64,000 bases of DNA from Candidatus Aminicenantes bacterium (GTDB lineage Bacteria > Acidobacteriota > Aminicenantia > Aminicenantales > JAFGBC01), in contig OY969696.1 in assembly GCA_963702005.1 (NCBI GenBank), positions 3,424,001 to 3,488,000 of the forward strand, read 5' to 3'. The position numbers and the translations under genes are program-made. Below, piece by piece: positions 30,954-41,107 of this stretch. Below the pieces are notes generated by a model that saw only the letters and a program-made list of their open reading frames with translations, was not told the DNA's origin and searched no databases. Position 1 is the stretch's first letter, and the number at the start of each line of letters is the position of its first letter.

Positions 30954-32934
30954 ATGAAAAGGCTGTCGACGTCGGCGCTGATCGCGCTGTGCGCGATCGT
31001 CGGAACGCTTGCGGCCGGACCGCTCCGGATGACTCTGCCGAAAGCCCCGCTTGCTTGGAGCGAGCTGGGACCTTCGGGCGGCGATATCCGGGGGATCGCT
31101 TTCAACCCCCTCAATCCAAAGGAACTCTGGGCCGTCTCGAAAAGCGGCCAGGTCTTTAAAACCGCCGATTCTGGAAAGACCTGGATGCGGACGGCATTCC
31201 TGGCGGACGAGCTTTTCGATATCGCCGTCGCGCCGAGCCGCCCTTCCGTCCTTTTCGCGCTCGGCACGGCCGCCCTGTTTCGGTCGGCGGACGGAGGGCG
31301 GACTTGGACGAAGCGCCCCCTTCCGTCCGGTGGTCACGGCGATGAGGGCCGTTCTGGCGGTCAATCCCAAGGCGCCTGACACCGTCTTCGCCGCGGGCAA
31401 CATCCGTTCCGGAAGCTCGAAATGGATGGCCGTCTTCAAGACGACGAACGGCGGTCAATCCTGGACGGCGACGAAGCTGGCCGCGACCTCCCATGATGGA
31501 ACCGCCCGCAGCGTGGCGGTCGATCCCATCAACACATCCACCGTCTTTGTCTGCGGCGGCTATGAGGACACCAAAAAGTATTACATTTTCAAGAGCGTGG
31601 ACTCCGGAAAGACCTGGCGTGACTTTACGGGCACGGTCCAGGGAGCCCCTTACGAGCTCATCGTCGACCCGGCCGACTCGGCTAAAGTCTATGTCACGAC
31701 GACCAGTCGCTTTTTCCAAAGCCATGACGGAGGCAAGACCTGGCAGGACAGCGGCGGGGACGGCTTCGGCAGCACAATGGGATTGAGCGCGACCAGCCCC
31801 CGCGTCCTGTTTACCTGCTTTGACACCGGCTGGGTCTACAAGAGTCTTGACGGCTATAACTGGACCCACCTCAAGACCGGATTCTATGGGGAAGCGCGGC
31901 GGTTTGCGATCGTTCCGGGCGAAATTCACCTCGCCTCGATTTCGGGCCTCATCAGGAGCGTCAACGGCGGCGTGACCTGGACGTTGAACCAGGAAGGGAT
32001 CACAGCGACGCGGATCGCGGCGGTCGCCCCGGCGCCGTCATCTCCGAGCCTTCTCTATGCCGTCGCCTATGACCAGGGCGTCGCCAAAAGCGCGGATGCC
32101 GGCCGGACCTGGAAAATCGTCTGGCCTATTTACGGCTGCGAATCCATCCCCAGCTTATCCGTCCATCCTAAAAATTCGAACCGCCTGCTGGTCCTCCTCG
32201 AATCGGGCTGAACGAAATTCTTTTACGTCTTCAGGTCTGAAGACGGCGGGAAAAAATGGGCGAGAGTCCTGGACGAGCTCAGAATCCGGGATCTGGCCAG
32301 GGCGGCGAACGATCCCGAGCACATCGTCTGCTGCGGCGAAACTCTCGACGACCCAAAATATCCAATGGCCTTATTCGCCTCACGGGACGGAGGAAAGACC
32401 TGGACGAAGATCCGCATCACCTCCGTGAGCGGCTGCGGTTACGCCGTCGCCCTGGACCCCAAGGACAGCCGCCTCATCTTTGTCGGCGGCACGAAACAAA
32501 GCAAGGCCGCCCTGTTCAAGACGGACGACGGCGGGTCAAGCTGGCGCGAGATCACGGGGCCGATCAAAGGGACCGTTGCCGAACTGGCTCTCGATCCGCG
32601 GACTTCCCAAACGATCTACGCCGGAACCGCCAACGGCCTGTACCGAAGCCAAAACGGCGGCCAGGCCTGGGAGCGGACGGCCAAGTTCGACGTCCGCGCG
32701 ATCAGGGTCGACCCGAACTCGCCCGACCGGATGTGGGCCGGCGGCGAAGACGGCCTCTTCGTAAGTTCCAACGGAGGGACGACCTGGACGTCGGTCCCCG
32801 GCCTCACGATCAATAAAATCATCTGCCTCGAGTTCGATCCCAAAAAAGGCGTCCTCTACGTTGGGACGGACGGGGGCGGCCTGTCCATGGCGGCCGTTCC
32901 ATCCGCGGCCGACCCGGCCGCACGAGGGCGATGA
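30954..32934 (+). CDS. Secreted BNR/Asp-box beta-propeller protein, putative selenoprotein (about 659 aa; Sec at 32209-32211; one +1 frameshift near 31352)
   Basis: AAGGAGG RBS, signal peptide, Asp-box repeats. The three track ORFs join into one protein collinear with the 27951-30026 paralog. In-frame TGA is followed by a SECIS-like hairpin. Confidence 0.75.
32218..32252 (+). promoter_or_regulatory. Putative bacterial SECIS element
   Basis: CGTCTTCAG-GT-CTGAAGACG perfect inverted repeat (32226-32245) starting 14 nt after the UGA. Apex CAGGTCTG as in the E. coli fdhF SECIS. Wobble-rich lower stem TTCTT/GGGAA. Confidence 0.75.
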
Positions 32935-32959
32935 ACTTATTTCAGCGTAAAGGTGCCCG

Positions 32960-34732
32960 ATGAAGAAGTTTTTTAAGAATCGTTCGCTTCTCGTCGTCGG
33001 GGCTCTTATCCTGGGACTATTCCTCGGCCTCGGAAACTGCAAAATCTCGCTCGGCCCCGCACCGGCCCTTCCCCACCCCAGCCCCCATCAGGCCTATTTG
33101 AAAGCGCTGACGTCCATCCCGCCCCGAAACTCCGGCGGCCTATGGCCTTTTTACAAGGACGAATTCGGGCCCGCCCTCCCCGACCGGACCGAGTCGGAGA
33201 TCGACCAGATGGCGGACAGGGCCAAGCGGCTCAAGGAGGCCGGGTCCCAGTACATCGGGCTCTGGATTCCCTGGGGCGAGGTCGAGCCGGAGCCGGGCCG
33301 GTTCGAGTTCGGGAAATTCGAGCGGCTCTTTGCCGCGGCGGTCGCGACGGGCCAGAAGCTCGAGATCAACCTGGCCAGCTCGATGTACCCAGCCTGGTTC
33401 TACGAATCGGCCCTCCGGCCCGATTCCGGCGCGAATATGCTCTGGTTCTGGAACGATGCCGGTCCCGTTCCCGGCGCGGCCCCGGAGATAGCCCTCGGGA
33501 CGCATCATCAATACCAGCCGAGACGCGTCCAGTCCCCGCCCCTAAGTCTCTGGGCGCCGCCGGAGGTCAAGGCTTACCTTAAAAGGTTCGTCGACCGGGC
33601 CTTCGATGACCTGCTCGATAAATGGGCGCCGGCGATCCTCTACGTTCAGTTCAGCCTGGGACGCCTCAACGAGCCGACCTACCCGGACCGTGAGCACTTC
33701 TGGTGCTACGACCGCAGCGCCGTCGCGGATTTCAGGGCCCGGATGGAGGCGAAGTACGGGACGATCGAGCATCTGAACGAAGCCTGGAGGACGAATCATC
33801 CCGATTTCTCCACGATCGGACCGCCCGTCCCTCCCTTCAAAGGCGTCAACCCCATCCACCGCATGGAATTCTTCAACTGGTACCGGGACTCGAAACGGCG
33901 CTGGGTCCTCGAGGCAACCGGCTGGATCCAGTCCCGGCTGAAGCCGTGGCAGCGGAACCTTGTCTATGTGGCGGGCGGTTCGGGCGACGTCGACCTCGCC
34001 GAACAAGGACAAACCTATCTCGAGCAAGGCCCCGGCCTGGATTGGACCGATTGGACCCTCGCCCCCGCCGTCAAGGACACGATCCGGGCCATGGAGGATA
34101 ATTTCTGGATCGTAAGGAAGGCCAAGGAATTCGGCTGGGCCCTGCAGTACGCGGGTGTGGCGGGGTTGAGCGAAGCGGAGGAGTTGGCCCTCTGCAAACA
34201 TAATCCGGTCTGCCGCGAGGTCCCCCGCTACGCCGAGTCGATCGGCTTCACGGGCCCCATCTACGCCCAGATCCCATTCCTGAGGAAGGACTTCCGGCAG
34301 CCCGAGTTCGTCGCCGAGCAGATCTATACCTACGACGCGGGCTACCACGGCCTCCACTGGACGAACGACGAGAACTTGTTCGGTCCCCAGGACGGGGCCC
34401 GCCTGCAGTCTCTCGAGCGGGCCTGGCGCAACATCCAGCTCTATTTCGGGACGGACGCCCAACCTCCGGCCATCCTCGCGGTCCAGGAGCAGGTCTCGGG
34501 CCGGACGGCCGAGGTCAGGTGGACGACGGACGAGCCGAGCGAAGGATTCGTCCTCTACGGCCTGTCGCCGAGCCGGCTCAACCGGCTGTCGTCCCTCGAC
34601 GCCCTCGCCGCCGATCACTCCATTTCGCTCGAGGGGCTGGCCGAGAACGCGACCTACTATTACTCGGTCTTTGCAACGGACGCCTTCGGAAACTCCTCGG
34701 TGACCCCCGTCAAGTCCTTCGCCGTCCGTTGA
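32960..34732 (+). CDS. Secreted glycoside hydrolase-like TIM-barrel protein (GH42/GH14-like) with C-terminal FN3-like domain
   Basis: IPWGEVEPEPGRFEF, YPAW, KYGTIEHLNEAW; C-terminal WTTDEPS...YG...HSISLEGL...TYYY. Confidence 0.65.
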   Translation: MKKFFKNRSLLVVGALILGLFLGLGNCKISLGPAPALPHPSPHQAYLKALTSIPPRNSGGLWPFYKDEFGPALPDRTESEIDQMADRAKRLKEAGSQYIGLWIPWGEVEPEPGRFEFGKFERLFAAAVATGQKLEINLASSMYPAWFYESALRPDSGANMLWFWNDAGPVPGAAPEIALGTHHQYQPRRVQSPPLSLWAPPEVKAYLKRFVDRAFDDLLDKWAPAILYVQFSLGRLNEPTYPDREHFWCYDRSAVADFRARMEAKYGTIEHLNEAWRTNHPDFSTIGPPVPPFKGVNPIHRMEFFNWYRDSKRRWVLEATGWIQSRLKPWQRNLVYVAGGSGDVDLAEQGQTYLEQGPGLDWTDWTLAPAVKDTIRAMEDNFWIVRKAKEFGWALQYAGVAGLSEAEELALCKHNPVCREVPRYAESIGFTGPIYAQIPFLRKDFRQPEFVAEQIYTYDAGYHGLHWTNDENLFGPQDGARLQSLERAWRNIQLYFGTDAQPPAILAVQEQVSGRTAEVRWTTDEPSEGFVLYGLSPSRLNRLSSLDALAADHSISLEGLAENATYYYSVFATDAFGNSSVTPVKSFAVR

Positions 34733-34793
34733 CGTCTTTACGCCGGCCGCTGTCGCGCCTATAATCGGACGGGATCGAAAGGAGAAAATCATT

Positions 34794-35390
34794 ATGAAGA
34801 AAACCCTTTGGATCACGCTTTTAATTACGGCGGTCTTGACCCTCGGGATCGCGACGGCCCAGGACAAGCCCATGACCGCGGACCAGCAGAAGGCCGTCGA
34901 AGCCTACCTGAAAATGGGAGCCGTCGGCCCCAACCACGAATTCTTGAAGACCTACGCCGGGGAATGGGCGATGACGACGAAGGCCTGGATGACGCCCGGC
35001 CAGCCCCCGTCCTTGAGCCGGAGCACGATCACGGCCGAGCTCATTCACGGCGGGCGCTTCCTGCTCATGCGCTACAAAGGCACCATGTTCGGCCAACCCT
35101 TCGAGGGGCTCCAAATCATCGGCTACGACAACCTCCACCAGAAATACGTCACCTTCTGGATCGACAATACGAGCACGCTTTATTATCTGACCTCGGGGAC
35201 GCGCGACGCTTCCGGCAAAGTCCTCAACGAGACCGGCCTCTGGCCTGATCCCGTGACCGGCAAGGACGTCAAGATCCGGGCCCGGACCATCTTCATCGGC
35301 CCCGACGAATTCAGCTACGAGCAGTTCATGCCCCTCCCGGACGGCAAGGAATTCAAGAGCATGGATAATCATTGCACGCGCAAGAAGTGA
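34794..35390 (+). CDS. DUF1579-family secreted protein
   Basis: AGGAG RBS, signal peptide; PNHEFL..YAGEW, GGRFL, FEGLQIIGYDN, WIDN. Confidence 0.8.
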   Translation: MKKTLWITLLITAVLTLGIATAQDKPMTADQQKAVEAYLKMGAVGPNHEFLKTYAGEWAMTTKAWMTPGQPPSLSRSTITAELIHGGRFLLMRYKGTMFGQPFEGLQIIGYDNLHQKYVTFWIDNTSTLYYLTSGTRDASGKVLNETGLWPDPVTGKDVKIRARTIFIGPDEFSYEQFMPLPDGKEFKSMDNHCTRKK

Positions 35391-37414
35391 AGCGCGCGGC
35401 CTTCGCCGCGCTCGCCCTGGCGGTTGTCCTGGGACTTTTCGCCGGAAGCGGTGAAGCCCCGGGCCGGGTCAATTTTCCCAACGCTTCGGATATCATTCCC
35501 GACCTGGGAGGGACGCCGCTCCGCTTCATCCCCAATCCCGACCCTGCGCCGGGCAGCGCTCTTTTCCTGGCCAAAACTCCTCGCTATGCGCTCAGCGTCT
35601 GGAGGAACGGGTTGGCCTTTGACGGAACGCGCATGGTTTTCCGGGGAGCGAATCCGCGGGTCGACGTCGTTCCGCTCAATCCGCTGGAGTCCCGCATGAA
35701 CATATTTCTGGGCGACGACCCGGCGCGCTGGAAGACGGATATCCCCTGCTTCGGGGCCGTTCTCTTCAAGCGGGTCTATCCCGGGATCGACCTTAAGGTC
35801 TACGGCGTCGCAAATAGGATCGAATACGACTGGATTCTGGAACCGGGCGCCGACCCGGGCAGGATCCAATTCGCCTATGAGGACATCCGGGATGCCGCCG
35901 TCGACGCCGAAGGAAACCTCGTAGTCCGAACAGAGACCGAAGAGATGGTTCAGGGGAAACCTCGGGTCTATCAAGAATCTTGCGACGATCGGGATGCGGT
36001 CGAAGCGTCGTTCCAAAACCTCGGTGGCGCGGCGTTCGGGTTTAAGCTCGGCCCCTACGATCGCGGCCGCCCCCTTGTCATCGACCCGGCCGTCCTGGCC
36101 TTTTCGACCTATCTCGGCGGCGACCTCAACGATTACGCTTCCGCGGTCGCTGTGGACGCGGCCGGATACATCTACGTCACGGGCAAAACCCGGAGCCCCA
36201 ATTTCCCGGTCAAGACGCCGTTCCAGACCGACCGCAATATCGAGGACGCCTTCATCGCGAAATTCACTCCATCGGGACGCTCCCTCGTCTACTCCACATA
36301 CATCGGAGGAAGCGATTACGACTTCGCCCTGGCCATCGCCGTGGACGCGGACGGCTGCCCGACGATCTCCGGCGGGACGCTGAGCTCGGACCTGCCGCTC
36401 AAGAATCCCATCCAGCGGCACTATCCGGGCCGTGACGCATTCGTCACCAAGCTCTCCGCGGCGGGAAACAGCCTCGTCTATTCGACCTACTTGGGCGGGA
36501 GCGATCTCGATGAGTCCTACGACCTGGCCCTCGACGCGGCCGGGAACGCGGTCGTCGTCGGCCGCACCGAAAGCGCGGATTTCCCGACCCTAACCCCGCT
36601 CCAGCGCGACCGGCCTCGCGCCGACGGCTTTGTCGCCAAGTTCGCCGGCGCGACCGGCGCGCTCGTTTTTTCGACCTACCTCGGCGGGAACGGCGTCGAC
36701 ACCATCAACGGCGTCGCCCTGGACGGACAGGGAGCCGTCTACCTGACCGGCAACACCGAGAGCACGGACCTGCGGCTCAAGAATCCTTTCCAAACCGACC
36801 AACCCGGAACGGATGCTTTCGTCATGAAGCTCGCGCCGAACGGGCGGTCTCTTATCTTCGCGACCTACCTGGGCGGCAGCGCCTACGACTACGCGACCTC
36901 GATCGCGGCGGACGCGGACGGCGCCGTCTATGTCGCGGGCGGGACCGACAGCGCGAACTTTCCCCTCAGCAAGCCGTTCCAAAAAAAGCGGCCCGGCCGG
37001 GACGCCTTTCTGGCCAAGTTCGATCCCTCCGGGAAGAGCCTCGTCTACTCGACCTGTCTCGGCGGAAGCGACTACGACCTCGCCTGGGCCGTCGCCCTCG
37101 GAAGCGACGGCAGCGCCTCAATAGCCGGCGAGACGATGAGCCCGGACTTCCCGCGCAAGGGCTCTTTTCAGGGCGATAAGCCCGACTCGGACGCTTTTAT
37201 CGCCAAGTTCAAGCCGGACGGGAGCGGACTCGTTTACTCGAGCTACTTGGGAGGGAACGGCGCCGACTACGCCTACGGCGGCGCCCTGGACGCGGCCGGA
37301 AACTTTTATGTCGTGGGCTGGACGGCGAGCACGGACTTTCCCACCGTTAAGGCCTTCCAAACCGACCGGGGCGACCGCGACGCTTTCTTGGCTAAGGTCG
37401 TGTTCGGCCGCTGA
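35387..37414 (+). CDS. SBBP (seven-bladed beta-propeller) repeat protein
   Basis: GTGA overlap; N-domain VYPGIDLKVY...EYDWIL...LVIDP followed by repeated YSTYLGG...G.T.S.DFP...DAF. Confidence 0.88.
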   Translation: MKRAAFAALALAVVLGLFAGSGEAPGRVNFPNASDIIPDLGGTPLRFIPNPDPAPGSALFLAKTPRYALSVWRNGLAFDGTRMVFRGANPRVDVVPLNPLESRMNIFLGDDPARWKTDIPCFGAVLFKRVYPGIDLKVYGVANRIEYDWILEPGADPGRIQFAYEDIRDAAVDAEGNLVVRTETEEMVQGKPRVYQESCDDRDAVEASFQNLGGAAFGFKLGPYDRGRPLVIDPAVLAFSTYLGGDLNDYASAVAVDAAGYIYVTGKTRSPNFPVKTPFQTDRNIEDAFIAKFTPSGRSLVYSTYIGGSDYDFALAIAVDADGCPTISGGTLSSDLPLKNPIQRHYPGRDAFVTKLSAAGNSLVYSTYLGGSDLDESYDLALDAAGNAVVVGRTESADFPTLTPLQRDRPRADGFVAKFAGATGALVFSTYLGGNGVDTINGVALDGQGAVYLTGNTESTDLRLKNPFQTDQPGTDAFVMKLAPNGRSLIFATYLGGSAYDYATSIAADADGAVYVAGGTDSANFPLSKPFQKKRPGRDAFLAKFDPSGKSLVYSTCLGGSDYDLAWAVALGSDGSASIAGETMSPDFPRKGSFQGDKPDSDAFIAKFKPDGSGLVYSSYLGGNGADYAYGGALDAAGNFYVVGWTASTDFPTVKAFQTDRGDRDAFLAKVVFGR

Positions 37415-37419
37415 TCCGC

Positions 37420-38661
37420 TCAGGTCTCGGCGTCATCATCTCCGCCCGCGACGGCTTCGGGCTCGAGGAGCGGCGGCTCGGGCTCGATCCCCTTTTCGAG
37501 TCTCAGGTCCTCGATCCGGCGGAGCTGGCGCTCGAGTTGGTTGCGCCGCGTCGTCGTCAGCCGGTCGTATTCCTCCTGGGCCTGATGGATCTTGGCGCCC
37601 ATTTTATCCAAGGAGTCCACGAAAGCCGCCCACTGTTTGTTGAACCCGCCCAGAAGGGCCATGATCCGGCCCGCGGTCTTTTCCAGGTTGAAGTTCTCCA
37701 TGGCCTGGCGGATGACGGCCAGGATGGCGTAGAGGGTGATCGGCGAGCAGAGAATGACCTTTTTCTTGAGCGCTTCGTCGAGGAGAGTCGAGTCATTCTC
37801 GTTGATGAAGGCGTAGACCTGTTCGTTGGGGATAAAGACCAGGACGTAGTCGAGCGTGTTCTCCTCGGGGTTGATGTACTCGCGGGTCGTGACTTCCTTG
37901 ATCCGATTTTTCACGTCGCGCAAGAACTGGCCCTTGTAGGATTCCTTGTCCGACTCGCCCGGCGCCTCGAGAAAGCGGAGGTAGTTGTCGAGCGGGAATT
38001 TGACGTCCATGTTGACCTTGCGGCCCTGGGGGAGGTTGAAGGTATAGTCGGGCCGGGCCGGGCCGGTGTCGAGGACCTGCTGCTTGAGGTAGTTGATTCC
38101 CTCGATGAATCCGGCCAGGCGGAGGACATCCTCGGCCATCCGCTCGCCCCATTGACCCCGGACCTTGGTCGAGGCCAGGGCCTCCCGAAGATGATGGGCC
38201 GTCTCCTGGAGTTTCGATGTCTGTTCGGCCGCGCTCTTGAGCTGGGTTTCGAGCTGGCCGAACTTCTGCTCCCGGTCCTTCTCCAGGGTTTTCATCAAAT
38301 CCTGGACCTTGCCCAGATCGTCCTTCATGGCCAGGAGAGTCTGATCGATCAGCTGTTTTTTCCCCTCCAATTCCATGCCGCCCGCCTGGGTCTGTTTGGA
38401 CAACGTTTCGTTGGCGAGCTTGAGGAGCTCCTGGGTGCTCTTGTTGAGCACATCGTGGGATAGGGCGCCGAAGGAATCCTTGACCCGGCTCAGAAGAATC
38501 TCCAGGTCCTGGACCCTCTGGGTCTGGACCTGGGCGATGAGCTCGCGCGCCATGGACCGGGCGCTCTTTTTCCTGATAGCTTGTACGATGATAAAGAGCA
38601 CGATGCCGATGATAAATCCGAGCGCTATCCCGAAAACGAAATAGCCGGTATTCTCACTCAT
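37420..38661 (-). CDS. rmuC: DNA recombination protein RmuC
   Basis: N-terminal TM, coiled coil, RGQWGE, RPD, MDVKFP, FIPNE, SPITL. Confidence 0.92.
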   Translation of the reverse strand: MSENTGYFVFGIALGFIIGIVLFIIVQAIRKKSARSMARELIAQVQTQRVQDLEILLSRVKDSFGALSHDVLNKSTQELLKLANETLSKQTQAGGMELEGKKQLIDQTLLAMKDDLGKVQDLMKTLEKDREQKFGQLETQLKSAAEQTSKLQETAHHLREALASTKVRGQWGERMAEDVLRLAGFIEGINYLKQQVLDTGPARPDYTFNLPQGRKVNMDVKFPLDNYLRFLEAPGESDKESYKGQFLRDVKNRIKEVTTREYINPEENTLDYVLVFIPNEQVYAFINENDSTLLDEALKKKVILCSPITLYAILAVIRQAMENFNLEKTAGRIMALLGGFNKQWAAFVDSLDKMGAKIHQAQEEYDRLTTTRRNQLERQLRRIEDLRLEKGIEPEPPLLEPEAVAGGDDDAET

Positions 38662-38682
38662 TGCACGCTCTCCTTATTTCAT

Positions 38683-39057
38683 TCATCCGTTGTCCTCTTG
38701 ACCGCCGCCGCCCGGGCCGTCCTCGTCCAAGCCCTCATCTACGGCCTTGTCGATTTCATCGTCGAAGTCTTCGCCGATATTCTCGCCCATTTCATCGCCC
38801 ATCTCGCGGCCCATCGTCTTCATCCAGCGGGCCATGCTCTTGGGATCGTTCTCGTCGAGCCCGCCCAGCTTGGAGGGATCGGCCAGGCTCTCGGCCCGGC
38901 TTTCGCCGGAGCGGCGGACGGCGACCCGCGAGACGAGCTTCTCCAAGTTTGCGCTCCCGCATTTTTTGCACTTGGGGTCGAGGGCCGCCTTGACCGAGAG
39001 GGTGATGAAAGTGGACTTCCCTCCGCAGTCCCGGCAACGGTACTCGTAGATGGGCAT
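38683..39057 (-). CDS. FmdB-family zinc-ribbon protein with acidic tail
   Basis: MPIYEYRCRDCG...CKKCGS..LEKLVS. Confidence 0.88.
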   Translation of the reverse strand: MPIYEYRCRDCGGKSTFITLSVKAALDPKCKKCGSANLEKLVSRVAVRRSGESRAESLADPSKLGGLDENDPKSMARWMKTMGREMGDEMGENIGEDFDDEIDKAVDEGLDEDGPGGGGQEDNG

Positions 39058-39075
39058 TCGTGCTCCCGGGCCGGA

Positions 39076-39969
39076 TCAGATCAGGATTCCATCCTCCCAG
39101 CCGAGCCTGACGAGGTCGATCCGGGCCGGGTCGGCGATCCCTAAATGATGCCGCGTCTCGGCGTACATGATATGGTGGGGCAGCGGCTGCATGGGCCGTT
39201 CGTCGCCGAAGAAGGCCTTGCGCTTGGCCTGGATGACGCGGAGGCCGGTCGAGTCGGCCGCGACCGGATCCCGGCTGACGATGAGACCCTTATACTCCCA
39301 GACGAATTCCTTGCTGTAATTATGGGGGCCGATCGCGTGGAAGAGGGGCGTCAGCATGACCAGGACGTTGAGCCGGGTCTTCCCCTTGACCTGGGGCAGT
39401 TCCCAGATCTTGGCCAGATCGGCGCAACCGTCGTCGTGCCAGTCGGAAGGCTGGGGCGTGAACATGATGTAGTTCTTGAGGAGGCTCCCCATCCCCGCCC
39501 AATGATGAGCCCGGGCCGGCCGGGCGTTGACAAGGGCGGTCGCCGCCTTGAAGACAGGGTTGTCGCGGACACCGCGGTCGTCGATCGCGATCCGGTCCTC
39601 GGCGACGCCGGCATCCCTGACCCGCCGCTTGAGGGCTTGCTCAACCTGCGGCGTCGTCGGGATGTATTGCCAGACGTTGGTCTTGATGCCGACCGTATCC
39701 TCGGGCTTAATGATCTTCCTCCAGGCCGCGACCGGGTCCTTGTCTCCGAGCAGGGCGCAGACGGCCTCGTCGAGCATCTTCTGGATGACGGCGGGATCGG
39801 GATTGCCCGCGGCGTCGAGCGCGGCCGCGTCCCGAACAAGGATGACCTTGGCCCTGTCCGTGGACTGGGCAAGAGGCCGCGCGGCCAGCCTGGACACAAA
39901 GGCTCCGGCCAGGGGGGCGGCCGAGGCGACCTTCAGGAAATCCCGCCTTGAGAGGGCCTTAGGACTCAT
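39076..39969 (-). CDS. Tat-exported DUF362-family protein
   Basis: SRRDFLK Tat motif; VGIKTN, LKNY, SRDPVAADS. Confidence 0.8.
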   Translation of the reverse strand: MSPKALSRRDFLKVASAAPLAGAFVSRLAARPLAQSTDRAKVILVRDAAALDAAGNPDPAVIQKMLDEAVCALLGDKDPVAAWRKIIKPEDTVGIKTNVWQYIPTTPQVEQALKRRVRDAGVAEDRIAIDDRGVRDNPVFKAATALVNARPARAHHWAGMGSLLKNYIMFTPQPSDWHDDGCADLAKIWELPQVKGKTRLNVLVMLTPLFHAIGPHNYSKEFVWEYKGLIVSRDPVAADSTGLRVIQAKRKAFFGDERPMQPLPHHIMYAETRHHLGIADPARIDLVRLGWEDGILI

Positions 39970-39996
39970 GTTCGATTCCTCCTTTTAGGCTTCACT

Positions 39997-40989
39997 TCAA
40001 ATGCCGTTATCCCGGTTTTTCGCGTCCTGGGACGGACCGGTCCGCGCCAGGAGATTCCCGGCGGCAGCCTCGGAGGGCGCGTCGAAAACGATCGCGACCC
40101 TGTTCCATAAAAGGCGGGCCGCCGTCCACTTCCCGTTTTCGGTCCGGGCGGCGCGCGATTCGGCTCCTTCGGGCAGATAAGCGCGGAGGAAGCTCGATAA
40201 GGCTTCCCTGGCCAGGTCCGCGTCCGGATAGCGGACGATGAGGAGTCGGCCTAGAGCGCCTTTCTCTCCGTAAAGCCCCAGAACCGCCTCGGTTTTCTGG
40301 TCGAGGCGCAGGATATTTTCCTGAGAGACGAAATAGTGGATGTTGAGGACAAGATGGTTGTGGAAATAGCGCACCGACCGAGGATCGAGCCCTTGTTCGG
40401 GGAGGGCCGCGACGAGGTCGGGCAACGTTCCCTCGCCGGGGATGGCGGCCGCGACCTTCCCGGCCAGCCCAAACACGGCCGCCCGGGTCTCCGAGGTTTC
40501 GTCCTCGGCGTAAATCGAAACGAAGTAGCGATCCTTCCAGAACGAGAGCAGCCCGCCCTGGTAGGTCGAGCCCTGCCCGACCCGGGCGTCCTCGCCTTCG
40601 AGATCATGACTGAAGACGCCGAAGGCGTCCGCCGATATCCCCATATCGAAGAGGTCCACGATCAGGGCCGGACGGCCCGCGCGGCTCATGCGCCGGGCGA
40701 ACAGCCGGCGAAAGTTATAAGACCGATAGACCTCGCCCGCGCCGTCGATATATTTGAAGATCGTCTCGGAATCGAAGGACTGGTCCTCCTCCACCGTCCA
40801 GCCCTGGAATTCGGCGGGAACGAACACGGCCAAATCTTCGGTGTTCTGGGTATTCCGGGCCATGAGCCCCCCTCCTCCGACGGCGACGATTGCGAACAGG
40901 CAAAAACCGGCAACCCTCTTCACGATCCGGATTGTATCAGATTCGATGAACGATTTCGAGCCGTCGATGCGGAGGGCGGGTCGGGACAA
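39997..40989 (-). CDS. Secreted hypothetical protein (DUF6599-like); start uncertain
   Basis: IFKYIDGAGEVYRSY, DLFDM...AFGVFS, FWKDRYFV. Confidence 0.65.
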   Translation of the reverse strand: MSRPALRIDGSKSFIESDTIRIVKRVAGFCLFAIVAVGGGGLMARNTQNTEDLAVFVPAEFQGWTVEEDQSFDSETIFKYIDGAGEVYRSYNFRRLFARRMSRAGRPALIVDLFDMGISADAFGVFSHDLEGEDARVGQGSTYQGGLLSFWKDRYFVSIYAEDETSETRAAVFGLAGKVAAAIPGEGTLPDLVAALPEQGLDPRSVRYFHNHLVLNIHYFVSQENILRLDQKTEAVLGLYGEKGALGRLLIVRYPDADLAREALSSFLRAYLPEGAESRAARTENGKWTAARLLWNRVAIVFDAPSEAAAGNLLARTGPSQDAKNRDNGI

Positions 40990-41107
40990 CCGAACCAGCG
41001 CCGGATGCCGGCCCAGCTAAGAGCGGCCTAACGAAGCCGGTTGACATATCCGGAACAAGAGTATATTTTAAAAAAAGTAGAGTTTTAAGAGCCTGGGGAG
41101 GGTATCC

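Noticed and set aside
32209-32211. Genome-wide UGA reassignment (genetic code 4 or 25) as the explanation of the in-frame TGA
   Set aside because: Many genes here end properly at TGA (potA, potC, efpL, xdhC, rmuC, hicB), often in ATGA overlaps, so UGA is a normal stop.
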